DNA of 64,000 nt from Ylistrum balloti (Eukaryota), in the NCBI RefSeq assembly GCF_031769215.1, contig NW_026782160.1, positions 124,001-188,000 of the forward strand, read 5' to 3'. Shown here piece by piece: positions 25,571 through 38,351 of the stretch (position 1 is its first letter; every line of letters starts with the position of its first letter). A program made the position numbers and the translations under genes. The notes below the pieces were generated by a model, which was not told the origin of the DNA, did not search any database, and saw nothing but the letters and a program-made list of their open reading frames with translations.

Positions 25571-27025
25571 AGGCGTTAAACCTGAATTGTCATACAATGT
25601 GTTATACCTGAACTGTTACACTAGGTGTTATACCTGAAATGTCACACTAGGTGTTATACCTGAATTGTCAAAGTAGGTGTTATACCTGAACTGTCACACA
25701 AGGTGTTATACCTGAACTGTCACCCTATGTGTTATACCTGAACTGTCACACAAGGTGTTATACCTGAACTGTCACACTAGGTGTTATACCTGAATTGTCA
25801 CACAAGGTGTTATACATGAACTGTCACACTAGGTGTTATACCTGAACTGTCACACAAGGTGTTATACATGAACTGTCACACTAGGTGTTATACCTGAACT
25901 GTCACACTAGGTGTTATACCTGAACTGTCATACTTTGTGTTATACCTGAACTGTCACCCTATGTGTTATACCTGAACTGTCACACTAGGTGTTATACCTG
26001 AACTGTCACACTAGGTGTTAAACATAAATTGTCACACAAGGCGTTTAACCTGAACTGTCACACTAGGTGTTATACCTGAACTGTCACACTGGGTGTTATA
26101 CCTAAACTGTCACACTATGTGTTATACCTGAACTGTCACACAAGGTGTTATACCTGTACTGTCACACTGATTGTTATACCTGTACTGTCACACTAGGTGT
26201 TATACCTGAACTGTCACACAAGGTGTTATACCTGAAATGTCACACTAGGTGTTATACCTGAACTGTAACAAAAGGTGTTATACCTGAACTGTCACACTGA
26301 TTGTTATACCTGTACTGAAATACTAGGTGTTATACCTGTACTGTCACACTGGGTGTTATACCTGTACTGTCACACTAGGTGTTATACCTGTACTGTCACA
26401 CTAGGTGTTATACCTGAACTGTCACACTGGGTGTTATACCTGTACTGTCAAACTGGGTGTTATACCTGTTCTGTCACACTATGTGTTATACCTGAACTGT
26501 CACACAAGGTGTTATACCTGTACTGTCACACTGGGTGTTATACCTGTACTGTCACACTAGGTGTTATACCTGTATTGTCACACTAGGTGTTATACCTGAA
26601 CTGTCACACTAGGTGTTATACCTGAACTGTCACACTAGGTGTTATACCTGAACTGTCACACAAGGTGTTATACCTGAACTGTCACACTGGGTGTTATGCT
26701 AGAATTGTCACACAAGGTGTTATACCTGTACTGTCACACTAGGTGTTATACCTGAACTGTCACACTGGGTGTTATACCTGTACTGTCAAACTGGGTGTTA
26801 TACCTGTTCTGTCACACTATGTGTTATACCTGAACTGTCACACAAGGTGTTATACCTGTACTGTCAAACTGGGTGTTATACCTGAACTGTCACACTAGGT
26901 GTTATACCTGAACTGTCACACAAGGTGTTAAACCTGAACTGTCACACTGGGTGTTATGCTAGAATTGTCACACAAGGTGTTATACCTGAACTGTCACACT
27001 GATTGTTATACCTGTCACACTAGGT
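25571..27025. repeat. Minisatellite, 26-bp unit, about 56 copies
   Basis: Unit gttatacctgaactgtcacactaggt. Confidence 0.97.
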
Positions 27026-30000
27026 GAATGCTTGTCTAACAAGTCGTGGTTTCTGGATTAACTTCATATTTCCATGAAGTACGAAACTGTGTATACATTG
27101 TACATCTACTATATAACAATGTCAACTTTTTGTTTTTTCATTTTACTTCACTTTTTTATTTTCATTGTACGATATAAACTGTAATTAGTTTAATGTTTCA
27201 AAATCTGTGTATAAGGGAATATCATGTTCTGTCAGATTTGAAAAGAAACAGAAAGGTTTGTGTACGAGTTTTGTATACAGCGGATGATTGTAGCTCTCAC
27301 GTTTCTAACATTCCCAATAAATTTCAGATATGTAACAACGTAAGCATAGTATGTATAAAGATTGATGATGTTAAAACATGCAATATTTACGATGGTGATG
27401 TTTCAGATTTGTTACATACCTTTCTTAATGAATTTTATGAGCAATACTTAAATTCCTATGATGTTATGTGTGTTTCCTCTCAATTCTCAGCTCATTTCTG
27501 TCATGTCAATCCTGTTTTTTTGTCAATTTTAACAGCCTGTTTATGTTGAACTATGGAACTAAAATAGCATTCACTTAGATATGATCCTCCGTATAATGCT
27601 ATTTTTTACGCTATTTATGACGACTTCATGACATGCTATGCAAGTTTATATAAGTCTTAATAGTTATTAATAAACAGCAAAACCTTAGCAATGGGCAGTT
27701 CCTGGAGAGACGGTATGTCGGTCAGGTACACGTGTTCTTGAAGTTATGTAGACTTGTGGAAAAAATCGAATATATTACAAAAGCCGGCGACGTAATTAAA
27801 ATACCGTTACACATGTTGTCAATTGAAGGCAAAGCAGTGGAATTCCTGAGTAAAAAGATTTCAACAATTATTGTTTAAACATTCAATGCATCAGTTTATA
27901 TTTTAAACATATATCTATCTGTGTACTAATGCAAACATATATGAGATTATATATATATTTAAATTCAATATAATAATTCCTGAAACTGGTCTCTGAAAAT
28001 ATACTATATGAAAAACATATTTTCCATTATTCTGGAAATCAATGCCACGCTGTTGGCTATTATACTTTAATATCCTACCTTGACATGGTGGTATTTTCTT
28101 TAATTTTTTCATTAATAGTACTTAATTCTAAACATATTTTTTCTCTTAAATCTCAGTTTTTCAGATTAGGCAATCTAAATGATGAAGGACTGTCAAAAGG
28201 AAAAAATCATTAAAACTACTTATGCATTCTTAAATTGTATAACTTTAGATAATTTCCAATCTGTACTTGTCATTTTCATTTCGGCTGTTGGGTATTCTGC
28301 TATATTTCCGCATCCAAAGAATGTATAAGTAACACACCAGTGAATAACACCTTTTAATTGGAATAGGTATTTCATACAGTAGAGCTAAATAATGAATCGA
28401 ACAGCATCATGCATCCTAATACGTCGCCATACGATTTTTCAATTTCATCTTAAAATAGCCGTTAAGTTATTGAAAGGTAACTAATATACCGAGGATTATA
28501 CGGAAGAAAATTCATATAAATATTGCCATAATATCTACTTTGATAGAATAGGCTTTAGTTTACATTGTGAATATGGACGAGAAAATGAGACCATCGACTT
28601 ACTTATGCAAAATTTATTTACTTATTGAAATATCCACACTTTTATTGTACTGCTTAATCATTTACCATTGATCCTTAGTAAGAAGTTAAAACGCAAATGT
28701 TGAAAAGAAAGTATATGTTAAAAATAGGTGAATTGTTTATAAGTATTGCTGTTTTGGGAATACATACAACAATCAATCTGGTATGCCGTACAGATGGAGT
28801 TTGTACCGCGTTTTTCAATACCTGAATCCTTATCTTGCATTTAATCAAAGGTCGAATGGAGAGGTACCTTTCCGTCAAAACGAGACGGAGCTGGGGGTAG
28901 CTTTCCATCACAAGCAGACTGAATAGAGGGATGTCTGTGCTTAACATCAATCATATATAGTGACTGCACATCCCTACTTTCTCACCAGAATAATTGATTA
29001 GGTAGTAAACTGAATCTAGACAATGATTGATAATCTGGATGTCAATTTTTTCAAAAGTTCAAAGATGGAGGTATCGTTGATCAGTTTGTACATATTATTT
29101 TCATCGTGTATATTAAAAATAAATGAAATAAATAAAAAAAAAAAAAAAAACTGATGAGATTCAGCGATCAATCTACAATTTGTTTTCATGAGTCCTTTTC
29201 AACTTTATTGCTAAAACAATGAGTCCAGCAATATCAAAGTGTTTCCAGAAATTCTACGAGTTCCATAAAAATTACCGGACTCGGGACTCATTTGTAGATT
29301 GATTACTTGACATGTCTTCTGAGAGAGAGTATTACTGTAAATAGTGAAACAGTACCTTGTTGTATATCTTGTCTAAGTGTCAGATGGCTGAAACATCTAT
29401 CTCTATTTTTACTAAGTTCTCAGCAACTTTGTAATGGAGATAAAACTAACAAACATTACATTATAAACCACCATCAAATTATTACGACCAGGACATCTTT
29501 CTTAAGTGATCGACAGTAAATCATATATTCATTTACACTTGATAACGATGTGTTGTCAATACAAAAACCGTCCTTGTTCTACCTTTAGAAAGATCACGCG
29601 TTACTGCTGAAACATGGCGACAGACTTATGTCACTTTGTACTATTGTGAATGTGGACATTTTGTCAGATCAACCACATGAAATATAAATAATTAATACGT
29701 ATTGTTTTCATCGTAGACATTCATGTACCTTTATTTAAAAAAACAACAACAACACCAGGAACAGAAAATAGACAATTAGACGATGGCGCCATGCCCTCCA
29801 GCTAAACCCCATTGCTACAGTGTTCCTTCAGATCATATGCCTTGTGAGATCTATATGTTAGGACTTAGTAACATCTAAAGCGTGGTAAGGTTTGCAAGGT
29901 GTTCTATCATTATCTCAAAGTAGTTCACAGATATTTGATATGACCATTTGATAAAAAACGATAACTGAGAAAGGATTAGGTGATAATTTAAAGAATGCGG

Positions 30001-31451
30001 GTATGTTTTTTATAATAGAAATGATACATCATAACAAAAATGACTTAAACTTAAGCTTGTAACGCGCGGAACAGCAAATTTATCATGTAGAAGTGTTTGT
30101 TGACGGGGTCATCTGTTTAACCCATCACTAGATTATAACTTTGTTTTGTGGTTGGTGACGTGATACGTAATTTATTTATGGCTATTTTAATTGTTGTCCT
30201 CAGTAACATAAATCAGCGAGGGGTATAGGTTAGGATGTCCCACGGTCCCACCAACACAAACTTCTAAGTCTTCTTCCAGATCAGCATTCCTACCCAGGTA
30301 CTTTCAAGGTAAGTTCTTCCAGTACGTTTAATGTTTCATAAAAAATGAATTTGAACATATTATCGAATTGAAAGGATCATGTGTATTACACTTCGACGTT
30401 CTTAATTATGGAACTAGGTTTATTATCTTTATTTTATGTGAGTAGAGCTGCTATTGTTTGTCTTACACTGCTACACTGTAAAAAACTTGAGTATATAAAA
30501 TATTCGGTGAACTGTAACCAGGAAAAACATTTCAAGCAATATTGTTGTGTTATATTTCTTTTGGTCATGAAAATGTTTTATTTCCTCATGTTAAGAGACA
30601 CTGCAAAGCCATCTACAGCGATGTTTCCTTTCGTTTGGTATGCAATGCAAACGTCTTCAATGCATTATTTATATAAGTTTTGGTATTGAAAATGCATCAC
30701 TTTAGAATGTATTTTTTGGAGTCGGAGAATCAAAGCAAACATCCTTATATATTTGTATCAACTACGTTCAAGGTTATGCTGTAATACTATCTTTACACCA
30801 TATTATTTTGAAATCTTTATGATCAGCGTTAATATTTTATTTTTTACAATGCCTGAATACTGATGTATGATGATATATATGCAGAACACACACAAACATA
30901 TTTAATTCTTTTATAATGTCGTGCTTTTATTATTCATAGTTATTAAAATTCATTAGTGAAAAAAAAACTTTATGACCCCATAGTTATTGCCATTTAATGT
31001 GTTTTGTGCCACAGAATTAAAAGCGACACCACGCCATATTTAAATATGGAAAGGGTGTAAAAGTGGTGACGTTTAGCTTCGACCCCTGATCTCTACTCCG
31101 TAAAGTGTGTCGTCATCTGCCAACCTGTCCCCTCATTACGGGTCATCAGGAAACGTTATCACATGGCGATAATTAACTCTTAGCAAGCACCTGACGGACG
31201 AACGATCGAATATGAAACACAGCAATCTAAATACAGTAGGAAAACGACATGAATAATTGAAATTGCTGATTTGATTGAAAAACGAAACGTTTAATTCACA
31301 TTGTTGACAACAACCGTTGACAATGGTTTTCTATATTAGTGGTTTAATGAAATCGACTAAAATTTAATGGCTACATGTATTGGGATTTGTCACGATTCCT
31401 GCCATGTAGGACCACGTCGTATTCAATGCAAGCCTGTGACCTACAGATACC

Positions 31452-31504
31452 TATAAAACAAACATAAATTACACAGGGACGCATAGAGTGTCGACTGTGT
31501 AAGT
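31452..31504 (+). promoter_or_regulatory. Candidate TATA box and very short non-coding first exon of the polyQ secreted gene
   Basis: TATAAAA at 31452-31458 and donor GTAAGT at 31499. The acceptor ttcttacag| at 34106 lies 29 nt before the ATG. The linkage is inferred; a second TATAAA at 34041 is an alternative promoter. Confidence 0.45.
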
Positions 31505-33181
31505 GAATAAGATCCTTCATACATTGCTTTGTTAGAGAAGTCATCTTGTTGTATATGATATATTTTTACATTTGCTGTCTGACAATTATATAATTATTTG
31601 AAATAGACATCGACGAGATAAAAAAGGGGATATTCATACCACAAATGCTGACATCTTGTATATAAACTATATAGAAGCAATATGACACTTCAACTGTATG
31701 TTCAACTGCAATGGGACGAATACTTATTATTTATAGAGATTCTTTAACGGAAGGGCAATTAATTTGAATTCCTATTTAGTCGTCAGAGTGTCCATGATAT
31801 TGTAATTGTTTTCAAAATTAGAACCATTTTCAAAGTTGATAAATAAATATTCATAACAAGGTATACAAACCAATACATAAAAAAAACATCATCAGTTCTA
31901 AAAACAAACTACCAACATGTCAACATAATCACAATCCAAACTTAAATTCAATAAAACCAGGGAAAATATGAGCAAAAGAAAGATCACTTGAATAGTTGTA
32001 CGGTTCAGAAAATACACATGTACTTTACACTATTCTTTAATTATCTGATGTATGAGGGCTTCTGCATCTCCCCCTCTAGATTTTGACTTTTCTTTTGATC
32101 ACTTTGGATTTTTCTAAGTCGCCTACTAGGCTTCACATTTTAGGCCCTTAGCATCACTGTTGAGTCCTTGAAGGATGAAACAGCTGTATGATGCAGTTTA
32201 ATTCATAGTTTGGCTCTACTGTATCTCACTCTAAATTATGAAATGGTGCTATTCACTTGTGTGTCGTTTGTACAATATTTAAGGTGGTAGACTCTAATGG
32301 TGGTCTTTAAGTCTCCGAGGTTTGCCGCAACTTGCTTGCCATAGTGGCACGGTTCCGAAAATACATATGTACCTGACGATATTCTAATATTATCTGAAGT
32401 AGGAAATTTACGAAATTTATCTAATAATGGGACTGCTATACATCACCGTCTAGTTTTTAAATCTTCTTTTGATCACTTTTATTTTTCTTCATCGCATTCT
32501 AGGGTCCTCAAGTGTGCCGAATCCTGCTTGCTTTATCTTGCAAATTCGTATGAATGATGTCACACGTCAGGAATACGCATACATATCTAACATTCATTTG
32601 AAACATTCATCAAAAAGATTACATCACGCGGATATTGCCTCCACTTAATTTTTAACAAATCGGTGTTAAGTTTTATAACTTAAGTCATGGATTTTCTACA
32701 GTTTCGACCCCTTGCATCACAGAACAGTCCTCGAAGGATGGAAACAGCTGTAACGTTACGCTACATTTTCATTCTTTATACCAACCGAATCTCATTAGAT
32801 TACTCCAGAGCTAAGAAATTAATTCCATTTGTCTTTACCTCCGACAATCATAGGTGATACGCCGATTTTCTATAACTTTCGCTGCAGTGACGAGACCAGA
32901 ACTTCTGTTTGTTTCTTTCTTTTTTGCAAATAAACAACCTCGTAATCCAGCCTTCGGACATTCATGACCTACGTAGGTTCAATATACTTACATATATCAG
33001 ATCACAGGTATCTTTTTTCCAGAAACTGGACTTTACACGGAGATGTCATTAGATAGGTGATTTCACCAACATATTATCTGGAGTGAGATAAACCGATAAA
33101 CCGAATTTTCAAAGGTAACGTAAATGTGTTTATTTCTCTATATATTGGAATGAAAGTTTAAAAGTATGATCGACTTCGCAT

Positions 33182-33184
<3 letters not shown>

Positions 33185-33213
<29 letters not shown>

Positions 33214-33223
33214 TGTATGTATG
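33185..33223. repeat. (TATG)n microsatellite, about 10 units
   Basis: Direct reading of the sequence. Confidence 0.95.
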
Positions 33224-34135
33224 ACATTATCAGATATATATAAACATGCGTTTCATTTGTTTCACATGTATTTATTGGATCGTTCGTGAATGAAGAAAGA
33301 CTTTGAAGATTTTATTACAGGAAATCAATATTAGTATGATAATGTTATTAATTTATACAGTGGCATTTCCATAAAGTTAGCAGATGTATCATATGGAAGA
33401 CATAAATAGACCTTTATACACTCGAATCATATGAAAATGCGAAAATTGTTTTGTTTCGAATACAAATATTCTAATGAAAGCATCTATCAGCACATTGTTG
33501 TGTAAAATTGTATCGTTTCGAGATGATTAATTTATCAGCTTCCATCTATTATAGTTATACTTTGTACATCTTCTATTGAACTCAAGTTGTGATACTATGT
33601 TGTATGGTTACACAAATGCAGAAAGTTGTTTAAGGTTCCTGCTTGTATTGTGTTTTACACAGAAACTATTGCAGTAGAATAGTCGTTCATTTTCACCGAT
33701 TAATTCTCATTACAAACAGAACTTTGTTTTCCTATGTCACATCAGTTTATCCACTCATTTTTCTCGACATTGAAAGTATTGGAGAAGTTCGTCTAAATAT
33801 TTAGTTCATGGTCGTTACGAAAATTTCGTATCTCGTTATTTATATGTCAATTCATATGAAAAAGTTGTAAAGGGTCGTTTCAGTGTTTAATCCGAACCTA
33901 CTGAATTAATCAAACATGTTGCAAATACGTTTAATAAAAAACATTGTTTATCAATTTTTATAGGTTTAAAACTTCAATAGTGTATCAACTGCTAAAAGTG
34001 CTTAAATCATATCATCCTTTTGTCAGGAAATTGTGTAGCATATAAACCGCTGTTTGCTTCCATACCTTCTTACATGCTACAATGTTATCCCTCTGTATTC
34101 TTACAGGTACTATATTTAAAGAAACATCTGACAAC

Positions 34136-34963
34136 ATGGCGTCTCCCGTGGCATTAATTTGGGCACCATTGTTGCTACTCGTTCTGTTTCACACAGTGGA
34201 CTGTGACGACCCCCCAACAACAACAGTGACCCCAACATCCGGTTTCTCAGTGGGAAGTGGCAGACAGTTTTTTGTCCGCAGACTTGCCACTAACTCTGGT
34301 TTAACAAGGCCTTATGGGCGAGCTACACAGCGGTATGTTCAGTATCCCCAGTATGGCTCAGTTCGCTATCAGGTGCCTTCGTACAGACAGGTGAACATTG
34401 TAAGAGTACCTTATTACATCCCTATCTATTTCACTGTTGTGCCACCACCCCTAAAATATTTCTACACAAACTTTGAAGGAGGGAATGGGCAATATGATTT
34501 TGCTGCAACAGACGGCTCCGTCGGATCTCATCGAGACTTTGCTGCTTCTGACGGCTCAATCTCAAATTCAAATTCGGGAGGAGGAGGAGAAAGGGGAGCC
34601 TTTTTGAATTTCGGCGGCGCAGGAGGTGACAGAACAATGCAGTCTGGTGGTAGCGGTGCAATGTTTGCTATGGCACAACAACAACAAATGCAGCAGCAGC
34701 AACAACAACAAATGCAGCAGCAACAACAAATGCAGCAACAACAACAAATGCAGCAACAACAACTTATGCAGCAGCAGCAGCAACAACAACAATTAGAATT
34801 TGCCGCGAGACAAAATTCAATAGCAAATCATTGGGCTATGAAAGGGGTACACATGGGTGGGGATGGAATGGGGGGATCTTTCAGTTCAGGTGCTTCCGGA
34901 ATGATGGGTAGTCCTAGTTTCACCCCAATGGTGGGCTCACGCATTAGTCCAGGGCCAATATGA
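34136..34963 (+). CDS. Secreted modular low-complexity protein (275 aa): Thr/Pro linker, Tyr/Val/Pro-rich segment, DFAAxDGS repeats, Gly-rich segment, Met-punctuated polyQ, Gly/Met tail; candidate shell-matrix/structural protein
   Basis: ATG in acaacATGG context after a splice acceptor. Signal-like MASPVALIWAPLLLLVLFHTVDC-DD. Uninterrupted ORF with higher GC than the flanks, and mixed CAA/CAG codons in the Q tract. Confidence 0.85.
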   Translation: MASPVALIWAPLLLLVLFHTVDCDDPPTTTVTPTSGFSVGSGRQFFVRRLATNSGLTRPYGRATQRYVQYPQYGSVRYQVPSYRQVNIVRVPYYIPIYFTVVPPPLKYFYTNFEGGNGQYDFAATDGSVGSHRDFAASDGSISNSNSGGGGERGAFLNFGGAGGDRTMQSGGSGAMFAMAQQQQMQQQQQQQMQQQQQMQQQQQMQQQQLMQQQQQQQQLEFAARQNSIANHWAMKGVHMGGDGMGGSFSSGASGMMGSPSFTPMVGSRISPGPI

Positions 34964-36176
34964 AACTTTCCTTATTAGGGAGCAGAAAGACCCCAGGTAT
35001 ACCCCTATTTCCGACCATGTTTATGTATAATCCGTTTATGTGAATACAACAAAAATGTAGAACGTTTCTGTGTTATCTATATATATATATATCCTGCAGT
35101 TGGCAATACCATTGTCTGAGGAACATACCTGACACATATATTTCATCTGTATTTAAGTAGTGCATTAATTTGACAGAATTACTTTCTGATTTAGTCAAAA
35201 ATTGAAAAAAAATCTAATTCAGAATTAGAGTTTGCTATTTCTTATCCGTTGAAGTGTGGAACTTTCTTTCCGCCGAGCAATTATTTTGCCATTGGGCATA
35301 GTTCAACATAACGTCAACCAATCTCTACCAGAGTTGTCGTTCTTTAACAATCACAATACACCCATGTTAATGGCTGACAGACTGACAATGATTGACATCA
35401 TGGTCAGAGTCAAAGTATGGCGTCGTGCACCACAATGGCGGCATCCGTGACAAATTCAACGAAGGACCCATCTGTAGACTGTTTTGCATGTCATCGAACA
35501 GCATAAAAAACATAATTTGCGCTTTTTGAGATGTTATGTGCAAATATTGGAGACAAATTATCATTGGTTATCACTGGTAACACTATATATCAAGAAAAAG
35601 TCGGTAGTTGAAAAGTGAAAGTACAAAATGAAAGACTACGGTTGGTGACTGTTTACTCAAAGTTAATCTTCCGCGAAATAATCCATAATGTTTATAACCA
35701 TATAAACTAAAATAGTCATTTTCCAGATGAACAAACATCTATTTTCAAAATAATGATACGAATAACAAAACAGAAAAATAACAAAATACTTATCATTTGA
35801 CACAAATACACCTTCCAAGAATCTTGAAATAGCGGAAGCCGACTACAGAAGTGTTTTTGGGTAACGCAATGCGATCTGGGAGAGAACGTCAGTTGACTGA
35901 ATATACACAACAAACTACTGAACTAGTCAGAATGTTGAAGGATAAATAGAATATAAACTACATTTTATTTCCGGATAGACGGACAAAAGCAGCTCGCCAA
36001 AGTCTCGCCATTTTTTTTTTTTGTTTATTCATCCTTGCCAGCTTATATTTCAAGACACTGATCTTGAAATAGACGTGTCTGGCTGTTGATTACACGACAT
36101 GTCTAGCGACAGGAACAACTGGCTTGCATTTAATGATACCTATCCTCTCCCCTAATTTGACAAAGGGATATGATAT

Positions 36177-38351
36177 CGTCTCTAGATTTATTATACTGAC
36201 GGCCATGATGTCTGAACACGTCTTTAGATTTATTATACTGACTGTCATGGTGTCTGAACACGTCTCTAGATTTATCATGCTAACTGCCATGATGTCTGAA
36301 CACGTCTCTAGATTTATTATACTGACGGCCATGGTGTCTGAACGCGTCTTTAGATTTATTATACTGACTGTCATGGTGCCTGAACACGTCTATAGATTTA
36401 TTATACTGACTGCCATGATGTCTGAACACGTCTATAGATTTATTATACTGACGGCCATGGTGTCTGAACACGTCTTTATATTTATTATACTGACGGTCAT
36501 GGTGTCTGAACACGTCTCTAGATTTATCATACTGACTGCCATGATGCCTGAACACGTCTCTAGATTTATTATAATGACGGCCATGGTGTCTGAACACGTC
36601 TTTAGATTTATTATACTGACTGTCATGGTGCCTGAACACGTCTATAGATTTATTATACTGACTGCCATGATGTCTGAACACGTCTATAAATTTATTATAC
36701 TGACTGCCATGGTGTCTGAACACGTCTTTAGATTTATTATACTGACTGCCATGATGTCTGAACACGTCTCTAGATTTATCATACTGACGGCCATGGTGTC
36801 TGAACACGTCTTTAGATTTATTATACTGACTGTCATGGTGCCTGAACAAGTCTATAGATTTATTATACTGACTGCCATGGTGCCTGAACACGTCTATAGA
36901 TTTATTATACTGACTGCCATGATGTCTGAACACGTCTTTAGATTTATTATACTGACTGCCATGGTGTCTGAACACGTCTCTAGATTTATCATACTGACTG
37001 CCATGATGTCTGAACACGTCTCTAGATTTATTATACTGACGGCCATGGTGTCTGAACACGTCTTTAGATTTATTATACTGACTGTCATGGTGCCTGAACA
37101 AGTCTATAGATTTATTATACTGACTGCCATGGTGCCTGAACACGTCTATAGATTTATTATACTGACGGCCATGATGTCTGAACACGTCTTTATATTTATT
37201 ATACTGACTGCCATGGTGCCTGAACACGTCTCTAGATTTATCATACTGACTGCCATGATGTCTGAACACGTCTCTAGATTTATTATACTGACTGCCATGA
37301 TGTCTGAACACGTCTCTAGATTTATTATACTGACGGCCATGGTGTCTGAACACGTCTTTAGATTTATTATACTGACTGTCATGGTGCCTGAACACGTCTA
37401 TAGATTTATTATACTGACTGCCATGATGTCTGAACACGTCTATAAATTTATTATACTGACGGCCATGGTGTCTGAACACGTCTTTAGATTTATTATACTG
37501 ACTGTCATGGTGTCTGAACACGTCTCTAGATTTATCATACTGACTGCCATGATGTCTGAACACGTCTCTAGATTTATTATACTGACGGCCATGGTGTCTG
37601 AACACGTCTTTAGATTTATTATACTGACTGTCATGGTGCCTGAACAAGTCCTGAACACACGTCTATAGATTTATTATACTGACGGCCATGATGTCTGAAC
37701 ACGTCTTTAGATTTATTATACTGACTGCCATGGTGCCTGAACACGTCTCTAGATTTATCATACTGACTGCCATGATGTCTGAACACGTCTCTAGATTTAT
37801 TATACTGACTGCCATGATGTCTGAACACGTCTTTAGATTTATTATACTGACTGTCATGGTGTCTGAACACGTCTCTAGATTTATCATACTGACTGCCATG
37901 ATGTCTGAACACGTCTCTAGATTTATCATACTGACGGCCATGGTGTCTGAACACGTCTTTAGATTTAGTATACTGACTGTCATGATGTCTGAACACGTCT
38001 GTAGATTTATTATACTGACAATCATGATGTCTGAACACGTCTATAGATTTATCATACTGACGGCAATGATGTCTGAACACGTCTCTAAATATGTCATACT
38101 GACAGTCATGATGTCTGAACACGTCTATAGCTTTATTATACTGACGGACATGATGTCTGGACACGTCTATAAATTTATTATACTGACGGACATGATGTCT
38201 GAACACGTCTATAAATTTAGTATGCTGACGGCCATGATGTCTGAACACGTCTATAAATTTATCATATTGACGGTTATGATGTCTGAACACGTCTCTAAAT
38301 ATATCACACCGACGGCCATGATGTCTGAACACGTCTCTAGATTTATTATAT
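36177..38351. repeat. Large minisatellite, 42-bp unit, about 52 copies, with higher-order block duplications
   Basis: Unit tctagatttattatactgac[t/g]gccatg[a/g]tgtctgaacacgtc; 14-aa periodicity in several frames. One interruption near 37645-37660 and a degenerate right end. Confidence 0.98.

Noticed and set aside
20541-27025. Long repeat ORFs in the 36-, 48- and 26-bp arrays as annotated CDS
   Set aside because: The units are stop-free in several frames, and there are no signal peptides or splice context. The acidic frame is kept only as a low-priority lead.
30271-30314. Possible 29-nt micro-exon (cttccag|...caag|gtaagt) upstream of the polyQ gene
   Set aside because: Splice-like signals alone, with nothing linking it to a transcript.
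20666-38351. CRISPR-like arrays (repeat lengths 26-48 bp)
   Set aside because: The units are head-to-tail with no unique spacers, there are no cas genes, and the context is eukaryotic and intron-containing.
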